Shown here in pieces: positions 13,228 to 21,203 of a DNA stretch of 37,941 bases (position 1 is its first letter; every line of letters starts with the position of its first letter). This DNA comes from Dehalococcoidia bacterium (GTDB lineage: Bacteria; Chloroflexota; Dehalococcoidia; Tepidiformales; Tepidiformaceae), in contig DAOUID010000314.1 in the NCBI GenBank assembly GCA_034428315.1, positions 1-37,941 of the forward strand. The letters are read 5' to 3'. Made by a program: the position numbers and the translations under genes. The notes beneath the pieces are model-generated. The model was not told the DNA's origin. It did not search any database and saw nothing but the letters and a program-made list of their open reading frames with translations.

Positions 13228-13683
13228 ATGGGCGTGAAGCCACCAACCCTCGAAGAGCATCTCGAGATCGAAGCGATCAAGCAGCTCAGGGTCCTCTACT
13301 CGCAGCTGTTCGATGGCCTCCGCACGGACGAGATGGCGATGCTCTTCACCGAGGACGCCGTCTGCGAGTTCAGCGACGACCTGCCGTACGGCGACTGGGT
13401 CGGCCGCGACGAGATCCGCGAGCAGTACGCGAAGGTCGCCGGAGGCGCCTCCAAACCCTTCTCGTTCATGCACGCGACGACCAACGGCTGGGTCCAGCTC
13501 ACCGGACCGGACAGCGCGACCGGCAGCTGGTTCCTGCTCGATCTGGGGCTCGGGGACAACCCCAATCCCGTCGGCCTGCTCGGGGTCTACAACGACGTCT
13601 ACAAGAAGGTCGACGGCGAGTGGTTCATCCACCGCACGCGCATCGACCACATCTGGACGCAGGGGTCCGCCGGCGGAGGCTAG
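13228..13683 (+). CDS. SnoaL-like / NTF2-fold protein
   Basis: 151 aa. EIEAIKQLRVLYSQLFDGLRTDEMAMLFTEDAV...WFIHRTRID is the usual SnoaL_4-type pattern. GAGGAG lies 9 nt upstream of the ATG. Confidence 0.6.
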   Translation: MGVKPPTLEEHLEIEAIKQLRVLYSQLFDGLRTDEMAMLFTEDAVCEFSDDLPYGDWVGRDEIREQYAKVAGGASKPFSFMHATTNGWVQLTGPDSATGSWFLLDLGLGDNPNPVGLLGVYNDVYKKVDGEWFIHRTRIDHIWTQGSAGGG

Positions 13684-13692
13684 CGCCCGCGC

Positions 13693-15327
13693 TCAGACCC
13701 CGACCGGCTCCCGGCTGTGGAGCACGTATCCCTCATAGCCGGCCTCGGCGACCTCGTTGCACTTCTGGCGGTAGACGTCGAGTCCACCGGCGTAGGGCAT
13801 GAACACGCGCGGCTTGCCGGGGATATTCGCGCCCAGGTACCACGAGTCCGCCAGCATGTAGAGGGTCTGACTCGCGACCTCGTTCACGTGGTCCACCCAC
13901 TCCGCCTCGGCCCCGGCGTCCGCCTCCGCGAGCTCGATGCCGTTCTCGCCCATGTAGGCGACGAATTCGGACACGAACTCGACGTGCTGCTCGATCGTGG
14001 GCGGCATGTTGCTCAGCACGGACGGGCTGCCCGGGCCGGTGATCATGAACATGTTGGGGAAGCCCGCGGGCGATAGCCCCAGGTACGCCCTCGGCCCCTC
14101 CGCCCACTTCTCCTTGAGCGCCGCCCCGTCGCGGCCCCGGATGTCGATGCGGTTGAACGCGCCCGTCATCCCGTCGTAGCCCGTCGCGAAGACGATGACG
14201 TCGAGCTCGTACTCGCCGTCCCGCGTGCGGATGCCGCTCTCGGTGATCGCCTCGATCGGGGCGTGGCGGATGTCGACCAGGTCGACGTTGTCGCGGTTGT
14301 AGGTCTCGTAGTAGTTGGTGTCGATGAGCGAGCGCTTCGACCCGAACGGGTGGTCGCGCGGCATCAGCTTCTCGGCGGTCTCGGGGTCGTCGATGGTCTC
14401 GCGGATCTTGGAGCGGATGAACTCCGCGGCGGTGTCGTTCGCCCGCCGATCCTCACGGACGTCGTTGAAGGTCGTGAGGACGAAGCGGAATCCGCCCTGC
14501 TCCCACGCGGCCTCATAGATCTCACGCCGCTCCTCATCGTCGACGTCCAGCGCCGAGCGCTGGGACTCGTCGTAGGGCATGCCGCCGGCCGACCAGCGGC
14601 TCTTCTCGAAGATCTCGTCGTAGTTCTCCTTGACCTCGTCGAGGAACTCGGGCGTGACCGTGCCGTGGCGCGCCGGGATGGTGTACTGCGGTGTCCGCTG
14701 GAAGACGGTCAGGTGCCCTGCCTGGCGCGCGATCACCGGGATCGCCTGGACCCCGCTCGAACCGGTGCCGATCACGCCGACGCGCTTGCCCGCGAAGTCG
14801 ACCCCCTCGTGCGGCCACGCGCCCGTGTGGTGCCACTCGCCCTCGAAGCGATCGAGCCCCTCGATCTCGGGGATCTGCCCCGCCGAGATGCACCCCACGC
14901 CGGTGATGAAGTACCGAGCCAGCACGCGGTCGCCCCGGTCGGTCTCGATCTCCCAGCGATTCAGGTCCTCGCGGAAGTGGGCGGCGGTGATGCGCGTCTC
15001 GAACTGGATGTCCCGGCGCAGGTCGAACCGGTCGGCCACGTGGCTGAGGTAGCGAAGGATCTCGGGCTGCTCGGGATACTTGCCGCTCCAGGTCCACTCC
15101 TGGGCAAGCTCCTTGTCGAAGGAGTAGCAATAGATGTAGGACTCGGAGTCGCAGCGCGCGCCGGGGTAGCGGTTCCAGTACCAGGTACCGCCCACATTGT
15201 CGCCTGCCTCGAATACGCGCGCCGAGAGGCCGAGCACGTCGCGCAGCCGGTACAGCATGTACATGCCCGCGAACCCGGCGCCGATCACGACGGCGTCGTA
15301 TTCCGGGCGGGTGGTGTCGGTCGTCAT
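13693..15327 (-). CDS. Baeyer-Villiger (cyclohexanone-type) flavin monooxygenase
   Basis: FAD Rossmann motif YDAVVIGAGFAG. GGTWYWNRYPGARCD. BVMO fingerprint FEGEWHHTGAWP. NADPH Rossmann motif VGVIGTGSSG. Confidence 0.9.
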   Translation of the reverse strand: MTTDTTRPEYDAVVIGAGFAGMYMLYRLRDVLGLSARVFEAGDNVGGTWYWNRYPGARCDSESYIYCYSFDKELAQEWTWSGKYPEQPEILRYLSHVADRFDLRRDIQFETRITAAHFREDLNRWEIETDRGDRVLARYFITGVGCISAGQIPEIEGLDRFEGEWHHTGAWPHEGVDFAGKRVGVIGTGSSGVQAIPVIARQAGHLTVFQRTPQYTIPARHGTVTPEFLDEVKENYDEIFEKSRWSAGGMPYDESQRSALDVDDEERREIYEAAWEQGGFRFVLTTFNDVREDRRANDTAAEFIRSKIRETIDDPETAEKLMPRDHPFGSKRSLIDTNYYETYNRDNVDLVDIRHAPIEAITESGIRTRDGEYELDVIVFATGYDGMTGAFNRIDIRGRDGAALKEKWAEGPRAYLGLSPAGFPNMFMITGPGSPSVLSNMPPTIEQHVEFVSEFVAYMGENGIELAEADAGAEAEWVDHVNEVASQTLYMLADSWYLGANIPGKPRVFMPYAGGLDVYRQKCNEVAEAGYEGYVLHSREPVGV

Positions 15328-15400
15328 GGCGGTTCTCCCTTGTCAGGCGTGGCCTGCGCGCTCAGGCCCCCAGACTACTACTCTCGTGCGTGTGCGTCGG

Positions 15401-16357
15401 CTATGGCGACGCCTGCGCCGACTCCCTGGACTGCTCGTAGATGACCGCGCGCACGGCCTTCACCACCTGCTGAAAGCCCCGCTCGCTCCCCGGGAGCATT
15501 AGCAGGGTGAAGAACCCGTGCATCTGCCCCTCGTGGCGCATGAAGTTGACCGCCACGCCCGCCTCCCGCAGCCGCTCCGCGTAGGCCTCGCCTTCGTCCC
15601 GGAGCACGTCGTGCTCGGCGGTCAGCACGACCGCCGGCGGGAGCCCGGCAAGGTCGGCCGCGCGCAGGGGCGAGGCGTCCGCCTCCAGCCGCCGCGCCGC
15701 GTCCGGCGTGTAATGGTCCCAGAACCAGACCATCGCCTCCCGCGTCAGCAGCACCTGGTTCCCCGGATCGGTGTACGACGGCCGGTCGAAGTCGGCGTCC
15801 GTCACGGGGTAGATCAGGATCTGCGCCGCGATTGCCGGGCCTCCGCGGTCGCGCGACCGCAGCGCCATCACGGCGGCCAGGTTGCCGCCCGCGCTGTCCC
15901 CGGCGACGAACAGGGGCGCGCCCGGCCCGGCGATCTCGGCCAGGTGCTCGCCAACCCACTCGAGCGCCGCGTAGGAGTCGTCCACCGCCACCGGGTAGCG
16001 GTGCTCCGGCGCGAGCCGGTAGTCGACCAGGACCACCGCGCAGGACGTGCGCTCGGCGAGCTTGCGGGCCACGGTGTCGCTCTCGTCGATCGAGCCGATC
16101 ACCCAGCCGCCCCCGTGGTAGTACACGATGACGCCCGCGGGCTGCTCGAGCGGCGCCAGGATTCGCAGCGGCGCCTCGCCCCCCGGTACCGCCAGCCGGC
16201 GCTCCTCGACGCGGAACATGGCCGGGGCCGGCCCGTTCATATCCGAAAGGCCCGCGCCAAGCGCCCGCGCCTCCTCGACGCTGCTTTCGTGCAGGGGCTT
16301 GCCGCCCCCCTCCGCCATCTGCGCAAGCAACTCGGCGGTCGCGAAATCAAGCGTCAA
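15401..16357 (-). CDS. Alpha/beta-hydrolase fold-3 esterase (hormone-sensitive-lipase family)
   Basis: Oxyanion motif YYHGGGW. Nucleophile elbow GDSAGGNLAA. C-terminal acid/His context (AEHDVLRDEG...HGF). Confidence 0.88.
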   Translation of the reverse strand: MTLDFATAELLAQMAEGGGKPLHESSVEEARALGAGLSDMNGPAPAMFRVEERRLAVPGGEAPLRILAPLEQPAGVIVYYHGGGWVIGSIDESDTVARKLAERTSCAVVLVDYRLAPEHRYPVAVDDSYAALEWVGEHLAEIAGPGAPLFVAGDSAGGNLAAVMALRSRDRGGPAIAAQILIYPVTDADFDRPSYTDPGNQVLLTREAMVWFWDHYTPDAARRLEADASPLRAADLAGLPPAVVLTAEHDVLRDEGEAYAERLREAGVAVNFMRHEGQMHGFFTLLMLPGSERGFQQVVKAVRAVIYEQSRESAQASP

Positions 16358-16486
16358 CGGATCCTCCCCTCGTGCGCGGTCCGCTCAGGATAGAGATGCC
16401 ACCATCCGAACGCACCATCCCGGGGCCCCGAAGGGGACCCGCCACCCCCTGGAGTCACTAGCCCATCGATACCGTACGATGCCGGC

Positions 16487-17267
16487 GTGAGCGTTCTCGA
16501 CCAGTTTCGGCTCGATGGCCAGGTGGCCGTCGTCACCGGCGGAGGCCGCGGCATTGGCCGAGGCATCGCCCTGGCCTTCGCAGAGGCCGGCGCCGACGTG
16601 GCCGTCGCCGCTCGCCGGACACACGAGGTCGAGGCCGTGGCGGAAGAGGTCCGCGAACGGGGTGGGCGTGCCCTCGCCGTGGATGGACGTCCTCGACTGG
16701 CCCGCGAACGACCGCCTCGCCGAGGCCACGGTCGCCGAGCTGGGGAAGCTCACCATCTGGGTCAACAACGCCGGGGGGAATCTCGACCGCACCCAGCGCG
16801 CGCTCGTCGATACGCCCGAGGACGTCTGGGACACGCTCGTAGACCTTAACCTGAAGACCGCCTGGTGGGGCGCGAAGGCCGCCGCCGAGCAGATGGCCGA
16901 GGGCGGCAACATCATCAACATCTCATCCGTCGCCGCATGGGGCGCTTCCCCCTCCGCCGGTCCCTATGCCGCCACCAAGTCCGCCATGATCAACATGACG
17001 AAGACGCTCGCCATGGAGCTCGCGCCCCAGAAGATCAGGGTGAACTGCATCGCTCCCGGCCTCGTTCCCACGGAGATGTTCTTCGAGACCATGAAGGTGG
17101 ACGAAGACGCCGTCGAGAACATGGGATCGCAGTTGCCCACCGGGCGCGCCGGCAAGCCCGAGGACCTCGGGGCGGCGGCGGTCTACTTCTGCTCCCCGGC
17201 GGCGGAGTGGATTACCGGTCAGACGTTGGCCGTCAGTGGCGGACCAACGGGAACGAGGGAAATGTGA
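16487..17267 (+). pseudogene. Short-chain dehydrogenase/reductase, frameshifted (or sequencing error)
   Basis: The N-terminal part ([44 protein letters not shown]...ERGGRALAV) is in the frame of ORF 16487..16849. The remainder ([32 protein letters not shown]...YAATK...) is in the frame of ORF 16515..17267. The switch lies near 16678-16684 (gccgtggatggac). The two parts are collinear with the intact paralog next door. Confidence 0.7.
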
Positions 17268-18031
17268 GCATCCTCGATCGGTTCCGTCTCGATGGTCAGG
17301 TGGCGGTTGTCACCGGTTCTGGCCGGGGCATTGGCGAGGGCATCGCCATCGGCCTCGCCGAAGCCGGCGCCGCGGTGGTTCTCGCCGCACGGCGGACGAA
17401 CGAGATCGAAGCGGTCGCGGACAAGGTCCGGGCCGCGGGCGGACAGGCGCTGGCGCGAACGACAGACTTCCTCGAGGTCGACCAGATCGAGGCGCTCGCG
17501 GATGCCACCGTAGCCGAGTTCGGAAAGCTCACGATCTGGGTCAACAACGTCGGCGGCGCCCAGGACCGGACCGCCCGCACCGTCCTCGGGACGCCCGAGA
17601 AGGCCTGGGACAACCAGATCGACCTCAATCTCAAGTCCGTCTGGGCAGGGGCGAGAGCGGCAAGCCGGGTCATGGGCGAGGAAGGCGGCGTCATCGTGAA
17701 CATCTCCTCCGCTGCCGCCACGAAACCCTCTCCGATGAACGGCCCCTACGCCGCCGCCAAGTTCGGCGTCAACGGCCTCACCATGACGCTCGCCGCCGAG
17801 CTGGCGCCCAGGGTGCGGGTCGTCGGCGTCTCCCCCGGCCCCATCCCCACCGAGGTCATGATCGAGTACACCGGCATGAGCGAGGAGCAGTTGCGCCAGG
17901 GGCTCGGCTCCATGCTGCCCATGAAGCGTATCGGTGAGCCCGAGGACGTTGCCGCCGCCGTCGTCTACCTCGCGTCTCCCGCCGCCTCCTGGGTGACAGG
18001 CGCAACCCTCTCCGTCACCGGCGGCAGCTAG
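17264..18031 (+). CDS. Short-chain dehydrogenase/reductase (FabG-like)
   Basis: GTG 17264 gives a GTGA overlap with the upstream stop. [34 protein letters not shown] and PGPIPT are present. The track ORF start at 16865 is over-extended through the paralog. Confidence 0.88.
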   Translation: MSILDRFRLDGQVAVVTGSGRGIGEGIAIGLAEAGAAVVLAARRTNEIEAVADKVRAAGGQALARTTDFLEVDQIEALADATVAEFGKLTIWVNNVGGAQDRTARTVLGTPEKAWDNQIDLNLKSVWAGARAASRVMGEEGGVIVNISSAAATKPSPMNGPYAAAKFGVNGLTMTLAAELAPRVRVVGVSPGPIPTEVMIEYTGMSEEQLRQGLGSMLPMKRIGEPEDVAAAVVYLASPAASWVTGATLSVTGGS

Positions 18032-18049
18032 CCCCCAGGGGGCGGTGGC

Positions 18050-18733
18050 GTGACCCACACCAGCGACTCAGTGCTGGCCTGGCTGCGCGAGAACGGCTCG
18101 GAAGAGGCCCGGGAGGGGATGCTGCGTTACGGAATCCCCAACGAGCATGCCTTCGGACTCGCGATGCGCGACATGAAGAGCTATGCGAAGGAGATCGGAA
18201 AGGACCATGACCTGGCGCTCACGCTGTGGGAGTCAGGCTGGTACGAGGCCAGAACGGTCGCCGTATTCATCGCCGAGCCCTCGGCGGTGACGAGTGCGCA
18301 TATGGACGGCTGGGCCGCCGACTTCGATAGCTGGGCGATCTGCGACACGGCGTGCTTTCACCTGTTCGACCGCACCCGTCACGCCTGGGGCAGGGTGCCG
18401 CGGTGGGCCAGGGCGCGCAGCGAGTTCAAGAAGCGCGGGGCTTTCGCCCTGCTCTGGGGCCTGAGCACCCACGACAAGGAAGCAGACGACGACCGGTTCA
18501 TCGGCGCGCTCCAGTGGATCGAGCACGGCGCCCAGGACGACAGGCTCTACGTGAAGAAGGCGGTGGACATGGCCCTGCGTGCGATGGGCAAACGTAGCCG
18601 CACGCTGAACGACGCCGCCCGCGACATCGCCGCCCGCCTCGCAGCCGACCCGGCGCGGGCGCCGAGCTGGATCGGCCGCCACGCCCTCCGCGAGCTGGAG
18701 TCGGAGCGCGTACAGGCCAGGCTTCGAGGGTAG
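18050..18733 (+). CDS. DNA alkylation repair protein (AlkD-like HEAT-repeat family)
   Basis: 227 aa. MLRYGIPNEHAFGLAMRDMKSYAKEIGKDHDLALTLWESGWYEARTVA...KRGAFALLW...YVKKAVDMALRAMGKRS matches the DNA_alkylation family pattern. Last high-GC gene before the island. Confidence 0.78.
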   Translation: MTHTSDSVLAWLRENGSEEAREGMLRYGIPNEHAFGLAMRDMKSYAKEIGKDHDLALTLWESGWYEARTVAVFIAEPSAVTSAHMDGWAADFDSWAICDTACFHLFDRTRHAWGRVPRWARARSEFKKRGAFALLWGLSTHDKEADDDRFIGALQWIEHGAQDDRLYVKKAVDMALRAMGKRSRTLNDAARDIAARLAADPARAPSWIGRHALRELESERVQARLRG

Positions 18734-19108
18734 GAGTGGCTGGCCACAGGCTGCTGTGCTGCGAACGTTCGAACTGGCGATTGGCCTGTAGGGAATCAAC
18801 CCCAGCTACTATGCGAGAGGGCCGAGAGGGAAACCTGACCGACGGGCAGTTAGTGTCGATTGCGGAACCAGAGCCGAGTTATCGGTCTTCCAATCCGCTC
18901 CAAACGCTGCGGTATTCGTGGGGAGTGAGTTTGCCCTCTCCTCGCGTCACCGCACACCGCACGAGTCGAGGCGGGCCGGGATGACAGTGACACTGCGGTG
19001 AGCAGGCCTCTGCGTCTCCACGCCTACCTTCGCAGCCAGAGTGATGCATTGCTATAGTCCTGAGTGAACCTTAGGCCGCAAGCCGTTGGCGGGTGATCGG
19101 AGCCGACG

Positions 19109-20737
19109 ATGGACGAGCAGCGCTCGGTGGAATCCTCGGACTTCACTCTCGAGGTCGAGAACTTCGGCCCGATAGTGAATGCCAGCGTCGAGTTGCGCCC
19201 GCTCACCGTGTTCGCTGGACCCAGCAACACAGGGAAGTCTTACTTGGCGATCCTCGCCTATGCGCTCCACAGGTGCTTCGGCCCACAGAGGTTTCCGCGC
19301 TACGCCGGGTACCGCGAATACTCCCTGAGGCCACGGCCAGCGGGCCGAACCCGGCTTGCCAGTTTGGCATCAAGTGGCTTGCGGGAGTGGCTATCCGAAA
19401 CCCAAGAGTGGCTGTTTGACACGCCGGAGGGCAAATTGCCTCCACCCCTGCCCCAAGCTGTGGTCGAGCAACTGCGGCCCGCCTTGGAAGCAGCAGGCGA
19501 TCTAGATCGCTACGTGGAATCGGAGATGACGCGGTGCTTTGGCATCGAGCATCACAAGGAGCTAATTCGGCGACCAGGAAGCCACCAAGGCTCCAGACTT
19601 GCTTTGAATATTCCGAGGCATTCGGGGGAGCATCCGAAGGAAATCGTTGGGGATGGCGTACACATGGCACGCTATCAGTTCGACTTCACTCGAAGTCACA
19701 CAAAGTCAGACTCCGGGAAGATCTCGATAGGGCAGCCGGTCCACTTTGGCTCAGAATACTTGGAAGACCTTCGTGAGAGCATACTCCGTAGCACGGACCT
19801 CCGACCAACAGGAAACTGGGATGAAGTCCCTGATAGGGAAGTGGAGTACATTGCAAGGCAAATCGTCGATGCAATTCTTCTGTCGTCATTCCATCCGCTC
19901 AATGCCAATGCTTTCTATCTTCCGGCTAGTCGTACTGGAGTGATGCATAGCCACCAAACTGTCGTTAGCGCGCTGATCCAGAGCGCGACTGCTGCAGGCC
20001 GGCGGCCTACGGCTAGAGTTCCTGTGTTATCAGGAGTACTGGCCGACTTCTTGGATGACTTAATTGCGCTGCCGAACCGCCCATTCCAAGCATCCGCTGC
20101 TGGTCCTCGTAGGCGGCGGCGGAATCCTCAAGCTCGGAGAGAGTTCGATGAACTAGCTGGCCTCTTGGAGGAGAGGCTGCTGAAGGGGAAGGTCGACGTC
20201 GAGAGGGGAGAGACGAACTACCCGACTTTCTCCTACAGGCCACGGGGCTGGAAGCAGGGTCTCCCACTCATGCGGACATCGTCAATGGTGTCAGAACTAG
20301 CTCCCGTTGTGCTCTACCTCCGATACCTGGTACAGCCGGGGGATCTCTTCATCATTGAAGAGCCAGAGTCGCACTTGCATCCAGAGATGCAGTCGGCATT
20401 CGCTCAGGAACTGGCGAGGCTAGTCCGATCCGGAGTTCGCGTTCTGGTGACCACCCACAGCGAGTGGCTCCTTGAACAAATTGGAAATCTGGTTAGGCTC
20501 TCGGAATTGCCAGCAAGAGAGCGCAGAGGGTTAGCGGGAGCAGATGTCGCGCTGAGGCCTGAGGAGGTCGGCGCCTGGCTATTCACGCCAAAGCTGCGAC
20601 CACGGGGTTCGACGGTGGAAGAGATTGAGCTTGAGCAAGAAACGGGCCTCTTCCCGACTGGCTACGAAGAAGTAAGTGCAGCTCTTTATAACGAAAGCGC
20701 GGAGATATTCAACCGTATGCAGGACCCCGCCAGGTGA
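19109..20737 (+). CDS. ABC/SMC-like ATPase of the AAA_15/AAA_21 type
   Basis: 542 aa. Walker A GPSNTGKS (19217-19240). Q-loop-like YLPASRTG. Signature-like TSSMVSELAPVVLYL. Walker B/D-loop LFIIEEPESHLHP (20345-20377). H-loop VTTHS. About 330 aa are inserted between Walker A and the signature. GGAG lies 7 nt before the ATG. Confidence 0.85.
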   Translation: MDEQRSVESSDFTLEVENFGPIVNASVELRPLTVFAGPSNTGKSYLAILAYALHRCFGPQRFPRYAGYREYSLRPRPAGRTRLASLASSGLREWLSETQEWLFDTPEGKLPPPLPQAVVEQLRPALEAAGDLDRYVESEMTRCFGIEHHKELIRRPGSHQGSRLALNIPRHSGEHPKEIVGDGVHMARYQFDFTRSHTKSDSGKISIGQPVHFGSEYLEDLRESILRSTDLRPTGNWDEVPDREVEYIARQIVDAILLSSFHPLNANAFYLPASRTGVMHSHQTVVSALIQSATAAGRRPTARVPVLSGVLADFLDDLIALPNRPFQASAAGPRRRRRNPQARREFDELAGLLEERLLKGKVDVERGETNYPTFSYRPRGWKQGLPLMRTSSMVSELAPVVLYLRYLVQPGDLFIIEEPESHLHPEMQSAFAQELARLVRSGVRVLVTTHSEWLLEQIGNLVRLSELPARERRGLAGADVALRPEEVGAWLFTPKLRPRGSTVEEIELEQETGLFPTGYEEVSAALYNESAEIFNRMQDPAR

Positions 20738-21198
20738 GTGGACTTGTCGCGAGAGTTAGGACCGATGTTCACGACACTTGCATCAAGTCCCGTTGCAGGA
20801 AAGAGGGCTGTACGGCGTCAATGGAAGGATTGCCTTCCCCCCGTATATTAGTGGACCTCGACTGCGACGATCTTCGCCTTCCCGAGGGCCGTCAGCGATG
20901 TGATTACGTGTACTTCGATGGGGACAGGGCGTCGTCAAGGGTCGTACTCATCGAGCTCAAGAAGGGGGCAGTTAAAGGCAGCGAGGTCCTCGGTCAGCTT
21001 CAGGAAGGAGCTAACATCGCCGAAAAGTGGATCCCGCCGGGAACTGCGTTCAGACTCCATCCGGTGGTGGTGCACGGGAAGGGGGTCCACAAACAAGAGA
21101 TGAAACTCCTGCGCAACCGCAGAATCCGATTGCGTGATCGGACGGCACAGGCGTTATTGATGCGCTGTGGTGGATCCCTGAAGAGCGTGCTCAAGTAG
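20734..21198 (+). CDS. Small PD-(D/E)xK-fold protein (putative nuclease)
   Basis: 154 aa. GTGA overlap with the ATPase stop. RCDYVYFDGD...RVVLIELKKG (D57, E74-x-K76; 20902-20961) fits the beta-beta core of restriction-endonuclease-like folds. The motif-level call is mine alone. Confidence 0.5.
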   Translation: MSGLVARVRTDVHDTCIKSRCRKEGCTASMEGLPSPRILVDLDCDDLRLPEGRQRCDYVYFDGDRASSRVVLIELKKGAVKGSEVLGQLQEGANIAEKWIPPGTAFRLHPVVVHGKGVHKQEMKLLRNRRIRLRDRTAQALLMRCGGSLKSVLK

Positions 21199-21203
21199 GT
21201 TGC

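Noticed and set aside
12115-13650. 511-aa minus-strand ORF opposite the DsbA-like and SnoaL-like genes
   Set aside because: Low-complexity G/E/A/R translation. The plus-strand genes carry CxxC and SnoaL patterns.
16865-17263. N-terminal 133 aa of track ORF 16865..18031 as part of the second SDR
   Set aside because: That stretch is an out-of-frame read-through of the first SDR. The paralog alignment and the GTGA junction place the true start at 17264.
18755-18780. tRNA-like T-loop sequence (gttcgaa) at the island boundary
   Set aside because: It is part of a simple 10-bp palindrome, cgaacgttcg. No acceptor, D or anticodon arms can be drawn around it.
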